Source: Myxococcales bacterium
GTDB lineage: Bacteria > Myxococcota > Myxococcia > Myxococcales > Myxococcaceae
NCBI GenBank assembly: GCA_030696265.1
Contig: JAUYSO010000017.1
Span: forward strand, 8,368 to 72,367
Direction of reading: 5' to 3'
DNA length: 64,000 bases
Shown here: in pieces, positions 35,752-44,036 of the stretch
Layout of the letters: each line of letters begins with the position of its first letter
How positions within the stretch are numbered: position 1 is the first letter of the stretch
Position numbers and translations under genes: made by a program
The notes under the pieces: generated by a model
The model's database searches: none
Told to the model about the DNA's origin: nothing
Seen by the model: the letters and a program-made list of their open reading frames with translations, nothing else

Positions 35752-36520
35752 GCGCCGCTCCGTAGAACGACAGCTTCGCGTCTCGCGCCACCGGCACCCC
35801 GATGAGCTTCTCGAACACCTGCTCGAGCGACTTCACCTCGTGCCGGGCGACGAGCTCGGCCACCGGCCCTTCGTCCACCAGCTTTCCAGCGCGAATGATG
35901 CCGGCGTGGGTGGCGAGGCGATCGGCGATCTCGAGCACGTGCGTCGTGAGCAGCAGGGTGACGCCGCGGCGCGACAGCTCCGACAACAGCTCGCGAATGA
36001 CACCAGCGGCGATGACGTCGATGCCCTCGAACGGCTCGTCGAGGAAGACCAGGTCGGGCGCGTGCACGAGCGCAGCGGCGATGGCGAGCCGGCGGCGCAT
36101 GCCCTTGGAGTACTCCGCCACCAGCGCGCCACCCTTGTACGAGAGCTCGGTGAGCGTCAGCAGTTCGTCCGCGCGCCGCTCGGACTCGTCGCCCAGAAGG
36201 CCGTGCATGCGGCCACAGAACGTCAGGTACTGCCGGCCGGTGAGGCGCTCGAACAACGACAGCTCCTCGGGCACCACGCCGACGCGCGACTTCACCGCGA
36301 GCGGGTCCTTCACCGCGTCGATGCCCAGCAACGACAACGAGCCGCCATCGGGCGCGTAGATGCCCGTCAGCAGCGAGATGGTCGTCGACTTGCCGGCGCC
36401 GTTGGGCCCGAGGAACGCGTAGAAGCTGCCGCGGGGAATCGTCATGTCGAGCGCGTTGACGGCCGTGAAGTCGCCGAACCGCTTGGTGAGCCCCTTCGCT
36501 TCCACCGCCGCCGTCGTCAT
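35741..36520 (-). CDS. ABC transporter ATP-binding protein
   Basis: Walker A GPNGAGKST. Signature YSKGMRRRL. Walker B LVFLDEPFEGID. Confidence 0.9.
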   Translation of the reverse strand: MTTAAVEAKGLTKRFGDFTAVNALDMTIPRGSFYAFLGPNGAGKSTTISLLTGIYAPDGGSLSLLGIDAVKDPLAVKSRVGVVPEELSLFERLTGRQYLTFCGRMHGLLGDESERRADELLTLTELSYKGGALVAEYSKGMRRRLAIAAALVHAPDLVFLDEPFEGIDVIAAGVIRELLSELSRRGVTLLLTTHVLEIADRLATHAGIIRAGKLVDEGPVAELVARHEVKSLEQVFEKLIGVPVARDAKLSFYGAARAG

Positions 36521-36694
36521 CGCGAGGTGGTTCTACCCGACCACTGCGAACCCACCATCCACCAGACGTCCGACGCAGGGCGGTGACGCGTGCGGGTCGA
36601 AGATTTGAAGCAAGCCCCGTGTTTCGGGTACAGGGTTGCTTCAGAGGCGCTCTCTCCGTGGCCGGCGGGGCGCTTCATCGGGAGCAGCAACACC

Positions 36695-38386
36695 ATGTCC
36701 ATGACGATGACGCGTTGGGTGATGACCGGGTTCATCTGCGGAGCGCTGCTGTCGATGAGCGCCTCGTGCGGCCCGCAGCAGTGCACCCCGACGACCTGCA
36801 CGGGCTGCTGTGACTCGAGCAACCGCTGCCAGCTCGGCAACCAGAACAGCGTGTGTGGCTCGAAGGGCGCAGCCTGTACGTCGTGTAGCCTCGGGCAGGC
36901 CTGCAGCTTCGGCGGCGTCTGCACGGGCGGCTCGGGTGGCAACAACGCTGGCGGCGGCTTCGCGACGACGGGCGGCGGCAGTGCAGGCGGCGGCTTCGCG
37001 ACCGGCGGCGGGCTCTCGACGGGTGGTGGAGTGGCGACCGGTGGTGGGTTCGCGACTGGCGGAGGACTCGCGACGGGTGGCGGCACGGTGACGGGTGGCG
37101 GCCTCGCGACCGGCGGCGGCACGGCGAACTGCTCACCCGCGAACTGTCTGGGCTGCTGCCTCAACAACGTCTGCCAGAACGGCAACGCGGCCCTGGCGTG
37201 CGGGCGCGCCGGAAATCAGTGCAGCGTGTGCAGCGGTGGCGCGGTGTGCAACGCGTTCGGCATGTGCTCCGGCAGTTCCGGTGGTGGCGGCGCGGGCGGC
37301 GGTAGCGGCGGTGGAGCCCCGGCGTGCACGACCTGCCTCGCGCAGACCGGCGGCACGCTGGCCTGCGTGCCCCTCGCGAACATCAGCGTCACCACCTGCG
37401 GCACCAACGGCAGCTTCTGTCAGAACTGCGTGCGCAACGGCTTCACGGCGTGCACCAACGGCGTCTGCACGGGGTCGGCAGCAGGCGGCGGGAGCGCAGG
37501 TGGTGGCAGCGCGACGGGTGGCGGCAACGGCGGTGGGACTCCCATCAGCGGCATCGGCTCGCCCTGCACCAACGCGTCGCAGTGCACTGCCAGCCTTGGC
37601 TCCACCGCGATTTGCAAGACGCAGACGAACCCGACGCCAGGCTTCGCGCCGTCATTCTTCCCGCAGGGGTTCTGTACCCTTCCCTGCAGCTCGAGCGGTG
37701 AGTCGAACTGCGGCGCGGGCAACACCTGCGCCGGTGGCACCAGCTCGACGCTCGCGCTGTACAACGAGACCGGCCGCTACTGCGTGAACGGGTGCACGAT
37801 GTTGGGACAGTGCTCGTCGGGGCTGGAGTGCACCGACATCTCCGACGCCACTGCTGCGACGTCGGCGGGTGGCTGCTGGCTCAACCTCAACAGCACCAAC
37901 GCGACCTTCACCGGCGGTGGCCTGCCGACGAACCTCGGCGGTACGTGCACCAACAACGCAGGCTGCTCGAACCCACCGGACCCGGCGCTGGGCGTCTGCT
38001 TCGGTGGCACCGAGCTTCCGTTCATGGGTTTCCCCGGCGGCCAGTGCTTCGCCTACACGGGCTTCGCGCCCGACTCGTACTGCGTGCAGGCCAACGGTAT
38101 GGAGGTGCTGCTCCGCACCCGCGCTGACGGCGGCTCGGACTTCTGGTGTGGGCAGGCCTGCCTGTCGCTCGGCAGCTCGCCGCGCACGGGCTACCGGTGC
38201 ACGCCCGTCTACTTCCCCGACGCCGGCCTCAAGGGCGGCATGGTGTGGCGGCAGGCGTGCGCGACCAACTCGGACTGCGCGAACGTGACCGGCGCCACCC
38301 AGTGCAACACGACGTACGGCCAGTGCTGCGTCACGAGTAGCTCGCCGTTGACGGCGCAGAACTGCACCGGGCTCGGCGGGCTCTGA
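36695..38386 (+). CDS. Cys-rich, Gly-repeat lipoprotein (function unknown)
   Basis: Lipobox LLSMSASCG after MSMTMTRWVMTGFICGA. GGGFATGGGLATGGG repeats. About 60 Cys. Confidence 0.7.
   Translation: MSMTMTRWVMTGFICGALLSMSASCGPQQCTPTTCTGCCDSSNRCQLGNQNSVCGSKGAACTSCSLGQACSFGGVCTGGSGGNNAGGGFATTGGGSAGGGFATGGGLSTGGGVATGGGFATGGGLATGGGTVTGGGLATGGGTANCSPANCLGCCLNNVCQNGNAALACGRAGNQCSVCSGGAVCNAFGMCSGSSGGGGAGGGSGGGAPACTTCLAQTGGTLACVPLANISVTTCGTNGSFCQNCVRNGFTACTNGVCTGSAAGGGSAGGGSATGGGNGGGTPISGIGSPCTNASQCTASLGSTAICKTQTNPTPGFAPSFFPQGFCTLPCSSSGESNCGAGNTCAGGTSSTLALYNETGRYCVNGCTMLGQCSSGLECTDISDATAATSAGGCWLNLNSTNATFTGGGLPTNLGGTCTNNAGCSNPPDPALGVCFGGTELPFMGFPGGQCFAYTGFAPDSYCVQANGMEVLLRTRADGGSDFWCGQACLSLGSSPRTGYRCTPVYFPDAGLKGGMVWRQACATNSDCANVTGATQCNTTYGQCCVTSSSPLTAQNCTGLGGL
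36950..37135 (+). repeat. intragenic tandem repeat, 18-nt period (GGGxAT), about 9 copies
   Basis: ggcggcggcttcgcgacc-type iterations. Confidence 0.75.
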
Positions 38387-39709
38387 TCAACTGCCAGTGA
38401 CGCGTGGGCGGAGCTCTTCCGCCACCGCGTCGACCTGCTTCGCCAGCGTCGCGCCTTCGGCCAGCAGCCGCGCCTTGAGCCGTCGCCTCGAGAAGAAGAG
38501 GAAGAACACCCGCGCATCGCGGAACGCCGCGGCGCGCCGCTCGAGGTACCAGCGCGTGAAGAGCGCGAGGGCCGGCACCGCGCCAAGCGTGACGAGCCCC
38601 GCGATGGAGCCTCCCCACCACCACGCCAGGCCCACCAGCAGCGCCCACCAGAAAGGCGCGAGCAACAGCAGCGTCAGCACCTTCACCGTCGACTCGGTAT
38701 CCTTCTCGGGCTTCGTCGCCACCACGAGAGAAATCGGAATCCAATACGGCACGAAGAAGACGACCATGCCGGCGAGGAACAGCGGCAGGCCGAACAGCCA
38801 GACGAGGTTGCGAAAGACGAAGCGCGCGACGGTGGCCGGGCGGTAGAGAAACGTCAGCTCCTCGGGGCGCACCTGCACGAGGTCGAGGCGCCGGCGGAAG
38901 CTCGTCACCTCGGCTTTGAGCGCGTCGAAGCGCTCCGGCTGCTCGGCCCGCAGCAGCGAGAGCCCGCGCGCGAAGGCCTTCTGTCGCTCGACGTCGCCGG
39001 CGCGGTCGCCTTTGTCGAGCGCGTACAGGGCCTCGGCGGTCTCGACGAGCGGCAGGTCTTCCCACTGCTCGAGGTTGAGCGTGATGGACGAGAGCGACGC
39101 GGCGATGGCGTTGGTGAGGCGCCGCACGGCCTCGGCGTCAGCAGCGCCTTGCCCCTTCGAAAACGACGTCACCTCGAGCGTGGCGCCGACCTCGACGTGC
39201 ACCAGGCTCTTGAAGCGGTTCTTCTCGGCGTAGGTGATGCCGATGGGCACGATGCGCACCTTCGCGCCCTTCGCGACGGCGTCGAGGGCGATGCGCGCGC
39301 AGCCGGTCTTCAGGTCTGCCAGCTGGGGCTCCGAGTGGCTCTTGCCCTCGGGGAAGAGCGTGATGGCCCGGCCGCGCACCAGCGCGTCGACGCTCGCCGT
39401 CAGCGTGGAGTCGTTCTTCGAGGTGTCGCCGCCGCCGTCCTGCTTGCGAAACACCGGCAGCGCGTCGAGGCCTTTGAGAATCCACCCCAGCACCGGCAGG
39501 CGGAAGAGCGGCGCCTTCGCGAGGAAGGTGACGGGGCGGTCGACGAGCACGAAGAGCAGGCCGGGGTCGACGAGGCCGTTGGGGTGGTTGCCCACGAAGA
39601 TGACGGGCCCCTCGGCCGAGAGCGCGCGCGCCGGGTCGACGACGGGCTCCAGGCGGAAGAAGTTCCGCAAGAGCAGCGACACCACCAGACGGAAGGCTCG
39701 GTAGAACAC
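38387..39709 (-). CDS. lysophospholipid (1-acylglycerol-3-phosphate) acyltransferase family protein with C-terminal TM domain
   Basis: HX4D motif VGNHPNGLVDP and the FPEG motif. Confidence 0.75.
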   Translation of the reverse strand: MFYRAFRLVVSLLLRNFFRLEPVVDPARALSAEGPVIFVGNHPNGLVDPGLLFVLVDRPVTFLAKAPLFRLPVLGWILKGLDALPVFRKQDGGGDTSKNDSTLTASVDALVRGRAITLFPEGKSHSEPQLADLKTGCARIALDAVAKGAKVRIVPIGITYAEKNRFKSLVHVEVGATLEVTSFSKGQGAADAEAVRRLTNAIAASLSSITLNLEQWEDLPLVETAEALYALDKGDRAGDVERQKAFARGLSLLRAEQPERFDALKAEVTSFRRRLDLVQVRPEELTFLYRPATVARFVFRNLVWLFGLPLFLAGMVVFFVPYWIPISLVVATKPEKDTESTVKVLTLLLLAPFWWALLVGLAWWWGGSIAGLVTLGAVPALALFTRWYLERRAAAFRDARVFFLFFSRRRLKARLLAEGATLAKQVDAVAEELRPRVTGS

Positions 39710-39715
39710 GCGTCG

Positions 39716-39925
39716 TCAGGGCTTCTCGTCGGTGCGCTGAAGGTAGTCCTTCTTCGTGTCGTAGCCCTGGCGCGCCAGGCGCTGCTTCTCGATGAGGTCG
39801 GCGGCCTGCTTCAACACGTCGGCGAACCGGCGCAGGCCATCGGTGACGGCGCGCTCGAGGCGGGCCTGTCGCTCGGCCCGGGCAGTGGCGGAGTTCTCGC
39901 GGCGGAAGAGCAGTGGTAGGCGCAT
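39716..39925 (-). CDS. small hypothetical protein (69 aa)
   Basis: ORF 6 nt upstream of the acyltransferase gene on the same strand. Highly charged. No homology recognised. Confidence 0.3.
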   Translation of the reverse strand: MRLPLLFRRENSATARAERQARLERAVTDGLRRFADVLKQAADLIEKQRLARQGYDTKKDYLQRTDEKP

Positions 39926-39966
39926 GACTGAACGCGGGCACTCTACGCCCGCCGATGGAGCAATTC

Positions 39967-40878
39967 ATGAGCATCCGACACGTGGGCTTCCTCGGCCTGG
40001 GCCTGATGGGCGCCCGAATGGCGAAGAACCTGAAGAAGAAGGGCTTCGAGGTGACGGTGTGGAACCGCACGCCCGCGCGCGCGAAGGAGCTCGAGGCCGA
40101 CGGTCTTCACGTCGCCAGCACGCCTGCCGAGGTGGCGGCGCGGGTCGACGCGTTCTGCACCTGCGTGGCCGACGTGGCGGCGCTGCGTGAGGTGGCGATG
40201 GGCGCGAACGGGTTGCTGTCGGCCGCGAAGCCCGGCCAGCTCTTCATCGACTTCTCCACCGTCTCGGTCGCGCTGGTGCACGAGCTGGGTGCGGCGTTCG
40301 GGGCGAAGGGCGTCGACGTCATCGACGCGCCGGTGACGGGCTCGAAGAACGGCGCCGAGAAGGGCACGCTGGTCATCATGACGGGAGGCTCCGACGCGGC
40401 GATGGCGCGCGCGCAGCCCGTCTTCCAGGCGGTGGGCGAGAAGGTCGTGCACTGCGGCGCGCTCGGCGCCGGCACCCAGGTGAAGCTCGCGGGCAACGGC
40501 CTCATCGCGGCGATGCTGCAGTCGTTCTCCGAGGGCCTGCTCCTCACCACGAAGGCCGGCGTCGACCCGCGCCGCTTCATCGAGGTCGTACAGGCGTCGG
40601 GCTTCCGCTCGCCGTACTTCGACTTCAAGGGCAAGGCGCTGCTCGAGCGGGACTTCTCGACGCACTTCTCCATCGACCTCATGCACAAGGACCTGAGCCT
40701 GCTCATCGACAACGCGGCCGTGCACAAGGTGCCGATGCCCGCGGCGGCGGCGATGAAGGAGACCTACGCGGTCGCGCGCGCCGCAGGGAAAGGCGAGCAG
40801 GACATCGGGGCCGTGGTGACCGTGTTCGAGGAGCTCTGTGGCCAGCGCATCGGCGAAAAGGCAGGAGGCACGCCGTGA
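39967..40878 (+). CDS. NAD(P)-dependent 3-hydroxyisobutyrate dehydrogenase family oxidoreductase
   Basis: N-terminal Rossmann VGFLGLGLMGARMAKNL. Typical HIBADH/6-PGDH-like length and C-terminal domain. Confidence 0.85.
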   Translation: MSIRHVGFLGLGLMGARMAKNLKKKGFEVTVWNRTPARAKELEADGLHVASTPAEVAARVDAFCTCVADVAALREVAMGANGLLSAAKPGQLFIDFSTVSVALVHELGAAFGAKGVDVIDAPVTGSKNGAEKGTLVIMTGGSDAAMARAQPVFQAVGEKVVHCGALGAGTQVKLAGNGLIAAMLQSFSEGLLLTTKAGVDPRRFIEVVQASGFRSPYFDFKGKALLERDFSTHFSIDLMHKDLSLLIDNAAVHKVPMPAAAAMKETYAVARAAGKGEQDIGAVVTVFEELCGQRIGEKAGGTP

Positions 40879-41462
40879 CGAACACGCAGCGTCTGGCGCT
40901 CGCCGCGGTCGCGGTGGTGATGATCGCCCTGGGACTCTTTCTCATTCTGGGCGACGACGACTCCGCTCCGTCGGCGACGTCGCCAGCGCCGGTCGCGGAG
41001 GTCGGCGCTCCACCTGCCGCCATGACGGGAACGGTGGCCGCGCCTACCCAGCCGGCGATGGGCGCCCCGACCGCGGCTGTCGTCGAGGCAGGGAGTGACG
41101 CTGGCGTCGCGGCCGCGAAGCCGGGCCCCACCGTCGAGTTCGCGCCGTCACCGTTCGAGAGCGCCGACTCGCCCGAGCTGAAGTACGCCGTGAAGCTGGT
41201 GTTGAGCGAGACCACCGGGCCGCACGAGTGGCGCAAGGCAGCCGAGGTGTTTCAGCGCTGCGTCGACGAAAACCCGACCAACCATCTGTGCAGACGCGGT
41301 GTCTACGCGGCCTGGGAGCGAATCGACTCCGATGGCGGAATGCCGACCGCGCTCACGAAGACCGGCGCGATCGGGGTCAACCCGTCGAAGCTCGAGAATC
41401 CGAGGGAACGCTCCGATGGGCTCGTGGCGCCGACGCTGAGGGAGCGCGTGCTGGCCGAGTGA
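40875..41462 (+). CDS. hypothetical membrane-anchored protein
   Basis: GTG start overlapping the upstream stop (GTGA). TM helix LALAAVAVVMIALGLFLIL. Ala/Pro-rich linker. Confidence 0.5.
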   Translation: MTNTQRLALAAVAVVMIALGLFLILGDDDSAPSATSPAPVAEVGAPPAAMTGTVAAPTQPAMGAPTAAVVEAGSDAGVAAAKPGPTVEFAPSPFESADSPELKYAVKLVLSETTGPHEWRKAAEVFQRCVDENPTNHLCRRGVYAAWERIDSDGGMPTALTKTGAIGVNPSKLENPRERSDGLVAPTLRERVLAE

Positions 41463-41535
41463 TTCACACGTGAGCCTTGATACGGCGCAACGATTGACGT
41501 TCGGAGACGGTCAACTCCTTCACTGCGCTGTGAAG

Positions 41536-41667
41536 GACATCTATAAAAATCAATAAATCAGGGCTCTTGCAGACAAGAATCTATGTAAACGCCTTGACAG
41601 AGACGTTGATTTACCGATTTTCACAGGGGCGCTGCCGAGGGCTTTCGGGCTTTGGTACTTTTCTCGC
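41536..41667 (+). promoter_or_regulatory. anomalously AT-rich intergenic patch with a sigma-54-like -24/-12 element (TGGTAC-N5-TCGC) at about 41652-41667
   Basis: catctataaaaatcaataaatcagggctcttgcagacaagaatctatgtaaa is far below the local ~70% GC. tttGGTACttttcTCGCc matches the GG-N10-GC spacing of TGGCAC-N5-TTGC. Imperfect inverted repeat TTGACG-N9-CGGTCAA at about 41494-41514. Confidence 0.35.
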
Positions 41668-41879
41668 CATGACCGACGGAGAACTGGTGAAGCTCGACAG
41701 CGGAGCGGTTGCGCAGGTGAAGCGCGTGACGGTCGCGGGCGCGCCCTACGCGACGGTGCTGCTCGCAGTGACGGTGCCGCCAGCCCCTCCGCCGTCCGAG
41801 CCGACGAAGCACTGACGCCGTCGCTGGATCCGTCAAACCTACAAATCCTACATGCCCTGTCTCCCGTAGGCTGCGCACT

Positions 41880-43517
41880 GTGCAAGCCTCAGCGGGTCAG
41901 CGCGCGCTCGAAGAACACCTGATGCGCGACGCGCCCCAGCGCGAGGCGTCGGTCGCACGCTTCATGACGGTCGCGAGCAGTCTGTCGGCCGTCGCTGCGT
42001 TCCTGCTCGGGCCCCTCATCGGCTGGACGCTCGGCGTGGTGCTGGGCGTCGTGCTTTCGGTCCTCGCGGTGTACTTCTTCATCCAGGACCGCGCGCTGCG
42101 CCGCGGCTGGTACCGGCCCGAGCTGCGCTGGGTGAACGTGGCCGTCGAGGTCTCGGCGCCGTCGATTCTCTTCCTCGCCGACAGCCAGCTCTACAGCGTC
42201 GAGTATGCGCTGACCGCGCCGCCGCTCGTGATGTGGGCGACGCTCGTCGCGCTGTCGGGGTTTCGCGGCAGCCGCGCGCTCTCCATCGGCGCTGGCACCA
42301 TCGCGGCGGTCGAGTATGCGTTGCTCTATCTCCTCGTGGCGTGGCCCCGGCTCTCGCCCGAGGCGCTGGTGACGCTCCAGCCCGGCCTCTTCGCGGTGCG
42401 GGTCCTGCTCCTCTTCTCATCGGGCATCGTGACAGCCGTCTTCGTCGGGCACTTCAACCGGCGCGCGGCCGAGGCGCTGACCGCGGTGCGCTTGAAGGAC
42501 GTGATGGGCAAGTACCTGCTGCACGAGCGCGTGGGCTCGGGCGGCATGGCCGAGGTCTTCAGGGCGACGTACAGCCCCGAGGGCGGCTTCGAGAAGACGG
42601 TGGCGCTGAAGAAGATTCTGCCGTCGCTGGGCGCGAACGCCGAGTTCCTGCGCTTGTTCCGTCTCGAGGCCGAGCTGTGCAGCCGGCTCAATCACCCGAA
42701 CATCGTGCAGGTGCTCGACTTCGGCCGGCACAGCGACTCGTTCTTCCTCGCCATGGAGTACGTCGACGGGCTCTCGCTCAAGCGCGTGCTCGACGTGTAC
42801 CAGGGTGTCGGGTTGCCGCTGCCGGCGGTGACGACTCTGGCCATCGAGCTGTGCCAGGCGCTCGACTACGTGCATCGGCGTGTCGGCCCCGATGGCCGGC
42901 CGATGAACCTCATTCACCGCGACCTGAACCCACCGAACGTTCTCTTGTCGGTGCTGGGTGAGGTGAAGGTGGCCGACTTCGGCATCGCGCGCGCGGCCAC
43001 CCGCGCCGACCACACGCAGGTCGGCATCGTGAAGGGCAAGCCGGGCTACCTCGCTCCGGAGCAGGCGGCCGGTGAGCCCATCGATGGGCGCGTCGACCTC
43101 TTCGCGCTCGGCGTGACGCTGCACGAGGCGTTGACGGGGGCCCGCCTCTTCCCCACGGGAGACGACCCGGTGTCGCTGCACGCGGTCTTCTCGATGCCGA
43201 TTCCCCGGCCGTCAGCGCTGCGACCCGAGGTCCCTGAGGCGCTCGACACCGTGGTGATGAAGCTGCTCGAGCGTGACCTGGCGAATCGCACGCGCTCGGC
43301 CCGTGAGGCGTTGGATGGCTTCCTCGCGGTGAGCGGGCCTGGCGCGGCGTACCCGAGTGGGCAGAAGGAGCTGGTCGCGTCGGTGAAGCGTGCAGCGGCC
43401 GAGTGGCCCGAGCTCGCGCGCCGGGCTGCGGAGCACGCGATGGCGCAGGCGAGCACCGACGTCGCGTCGAGCCCGGTGGGAGCGACGGACGCGAACAAGC
43501 CGCTGTTGCCGTGGTGA
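41880..43517 (+). CDS. membrane-anchored Ser/Thr protein kinase (N-terminal multi-TM domain, C-terminal kinase)
   Basis: Four to five N-terminal hydrophobic helices. Kinase motifs GSGGMAEVFRA, VALKKI, HRDLNPPNVLL, DFG, APE, DLFALGVTLHEALTG. Confidence 0.85.
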   Translation: MQASAGQRALEEHLMRDAPQREASVARFMTVASSLSAVAAFLLGPLIGWTLGVVLGVVLSVLAVYFFIQDRALRRGWYRPELRWVNVAVEVSAPSILFLADSQLYSVEYALTAPPLVMWATLVALSGFRGSRALSIGAGTIAAVEYALLYLLVAWPRLSPEALVTLQPGLFAVRVLLLFSSGIVTAVFVGHFNRRAAEALTAVRLKDVMGKYLLHERVGSGGMAEVFRATYSPEGGFEKTVALKKILPSLGANAEFLRLFRLEAELCSRLNHPNIVQVLDFGRHSDSFFLAMEYVDGLSLKRVLDVYQGVGLPLPAVTTLAIELCQALDYVHRRVGPDGRPMNLIHRDLNPPNVLLSVLGEVKVADFGIARAATRADHTQVGIVKGKPGYLAPEQAAGEPIDGRVDLFALGVTLHEALTGARLFPTGDDPVSLHAVFSMPIPRPSALRPEVPEALDTVVMKLLERDLANRTRSAREALDGFLAVSGPGAAYPSGQKELVASVKRAAAEWPELARRAAEHAMAQASTDVASSPVGATDANKPLLPW

Positions 43518-43534
43518 CTCGCTCGGAGTGAGGG

Positions 43535-43924
43535 CTACTGCTGCAGCTCGAGCTCGCGGAGCGCCGCGGCGACGTCGATGCGCCGGTCGGGACGGAGCGT
43601 GATGACGAGATCGTCTCCGTCGGAGCGCACGTCGAGGCTGACGCCGATGGTGCCGCTGCGAACGAGCGCGCGGCGCTGCCACGCGCGCCAGCGGCCATCG
43701 GGCTTCATGGCTTCGAGCTGACGGAGCCACGCCTCTGGCGTGCCGCCGGGCATGACGCGCCAACGGAGCATCGCCTCGGTGCAGACCTCGAGGCGCTCGC
43801 CGGGCGCGTCACTCAGCGCTGTCAGCTCCCAGCCCTTCCACGGCTCGCACGGCGTCACCCGCGAACAGGCAGGCAGCAGCAGCGCCAGCGCCACCCACGC
43901 CGAAGCTGGTCGACCGCGACCCAT
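43535..43924 (-). CDS. hypothetical lipoprotein
   Basis: Start MGRGRPASAWVALALLLPACS (lipobox) inside ORF 43535..44095. Confidence 0.55.
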   Translation of the reverse strand: MGRGRPASAWVALALLLPACSRVTPCEPWKGWELTALSDAPGERLEVCTEAMLRWRVMPGGTPEAWLRQLEAMKPDGRWRAWQRRALVRSGTIGVSLDVRSDGDDLVITLRPDRRIDVAAALRELELQQ

Positions 43925-44010
43925 GCCGAGAGACGCTACCCCGAAGACGATTCGCCTCGCTGAATACACGCCACCGCCCTTCTCCATCGAGCGCGTGACG
44001 CCGTGGTGAG
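43885..44010 (+). repeat. left copy of a ~125-bp dispersed direct repeat (partner at about 50300-50425)
   Basis: gccgaagctggtcgaccgcgacccatgccgagagacgctaccccgaagacgattcgcctcgctgaatacacgccaccgcccttctccatcgagcgcgtgacg versus the pepN start region. Confidence 0.75.
43923..44009 (+). pseudogene. orphan duplicated 5' fragment of pepN (28 codons, then a stop)
   Basis: MPRDATPKTIRLAEYTPPPFSIERVTPW*. About 88% nt identity to the start of the intact pepN at 50347. Confidence 0.7.
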
Positions 44011-44036
44011 TCTGCGCGCCGGGCACCTTCGACGCA

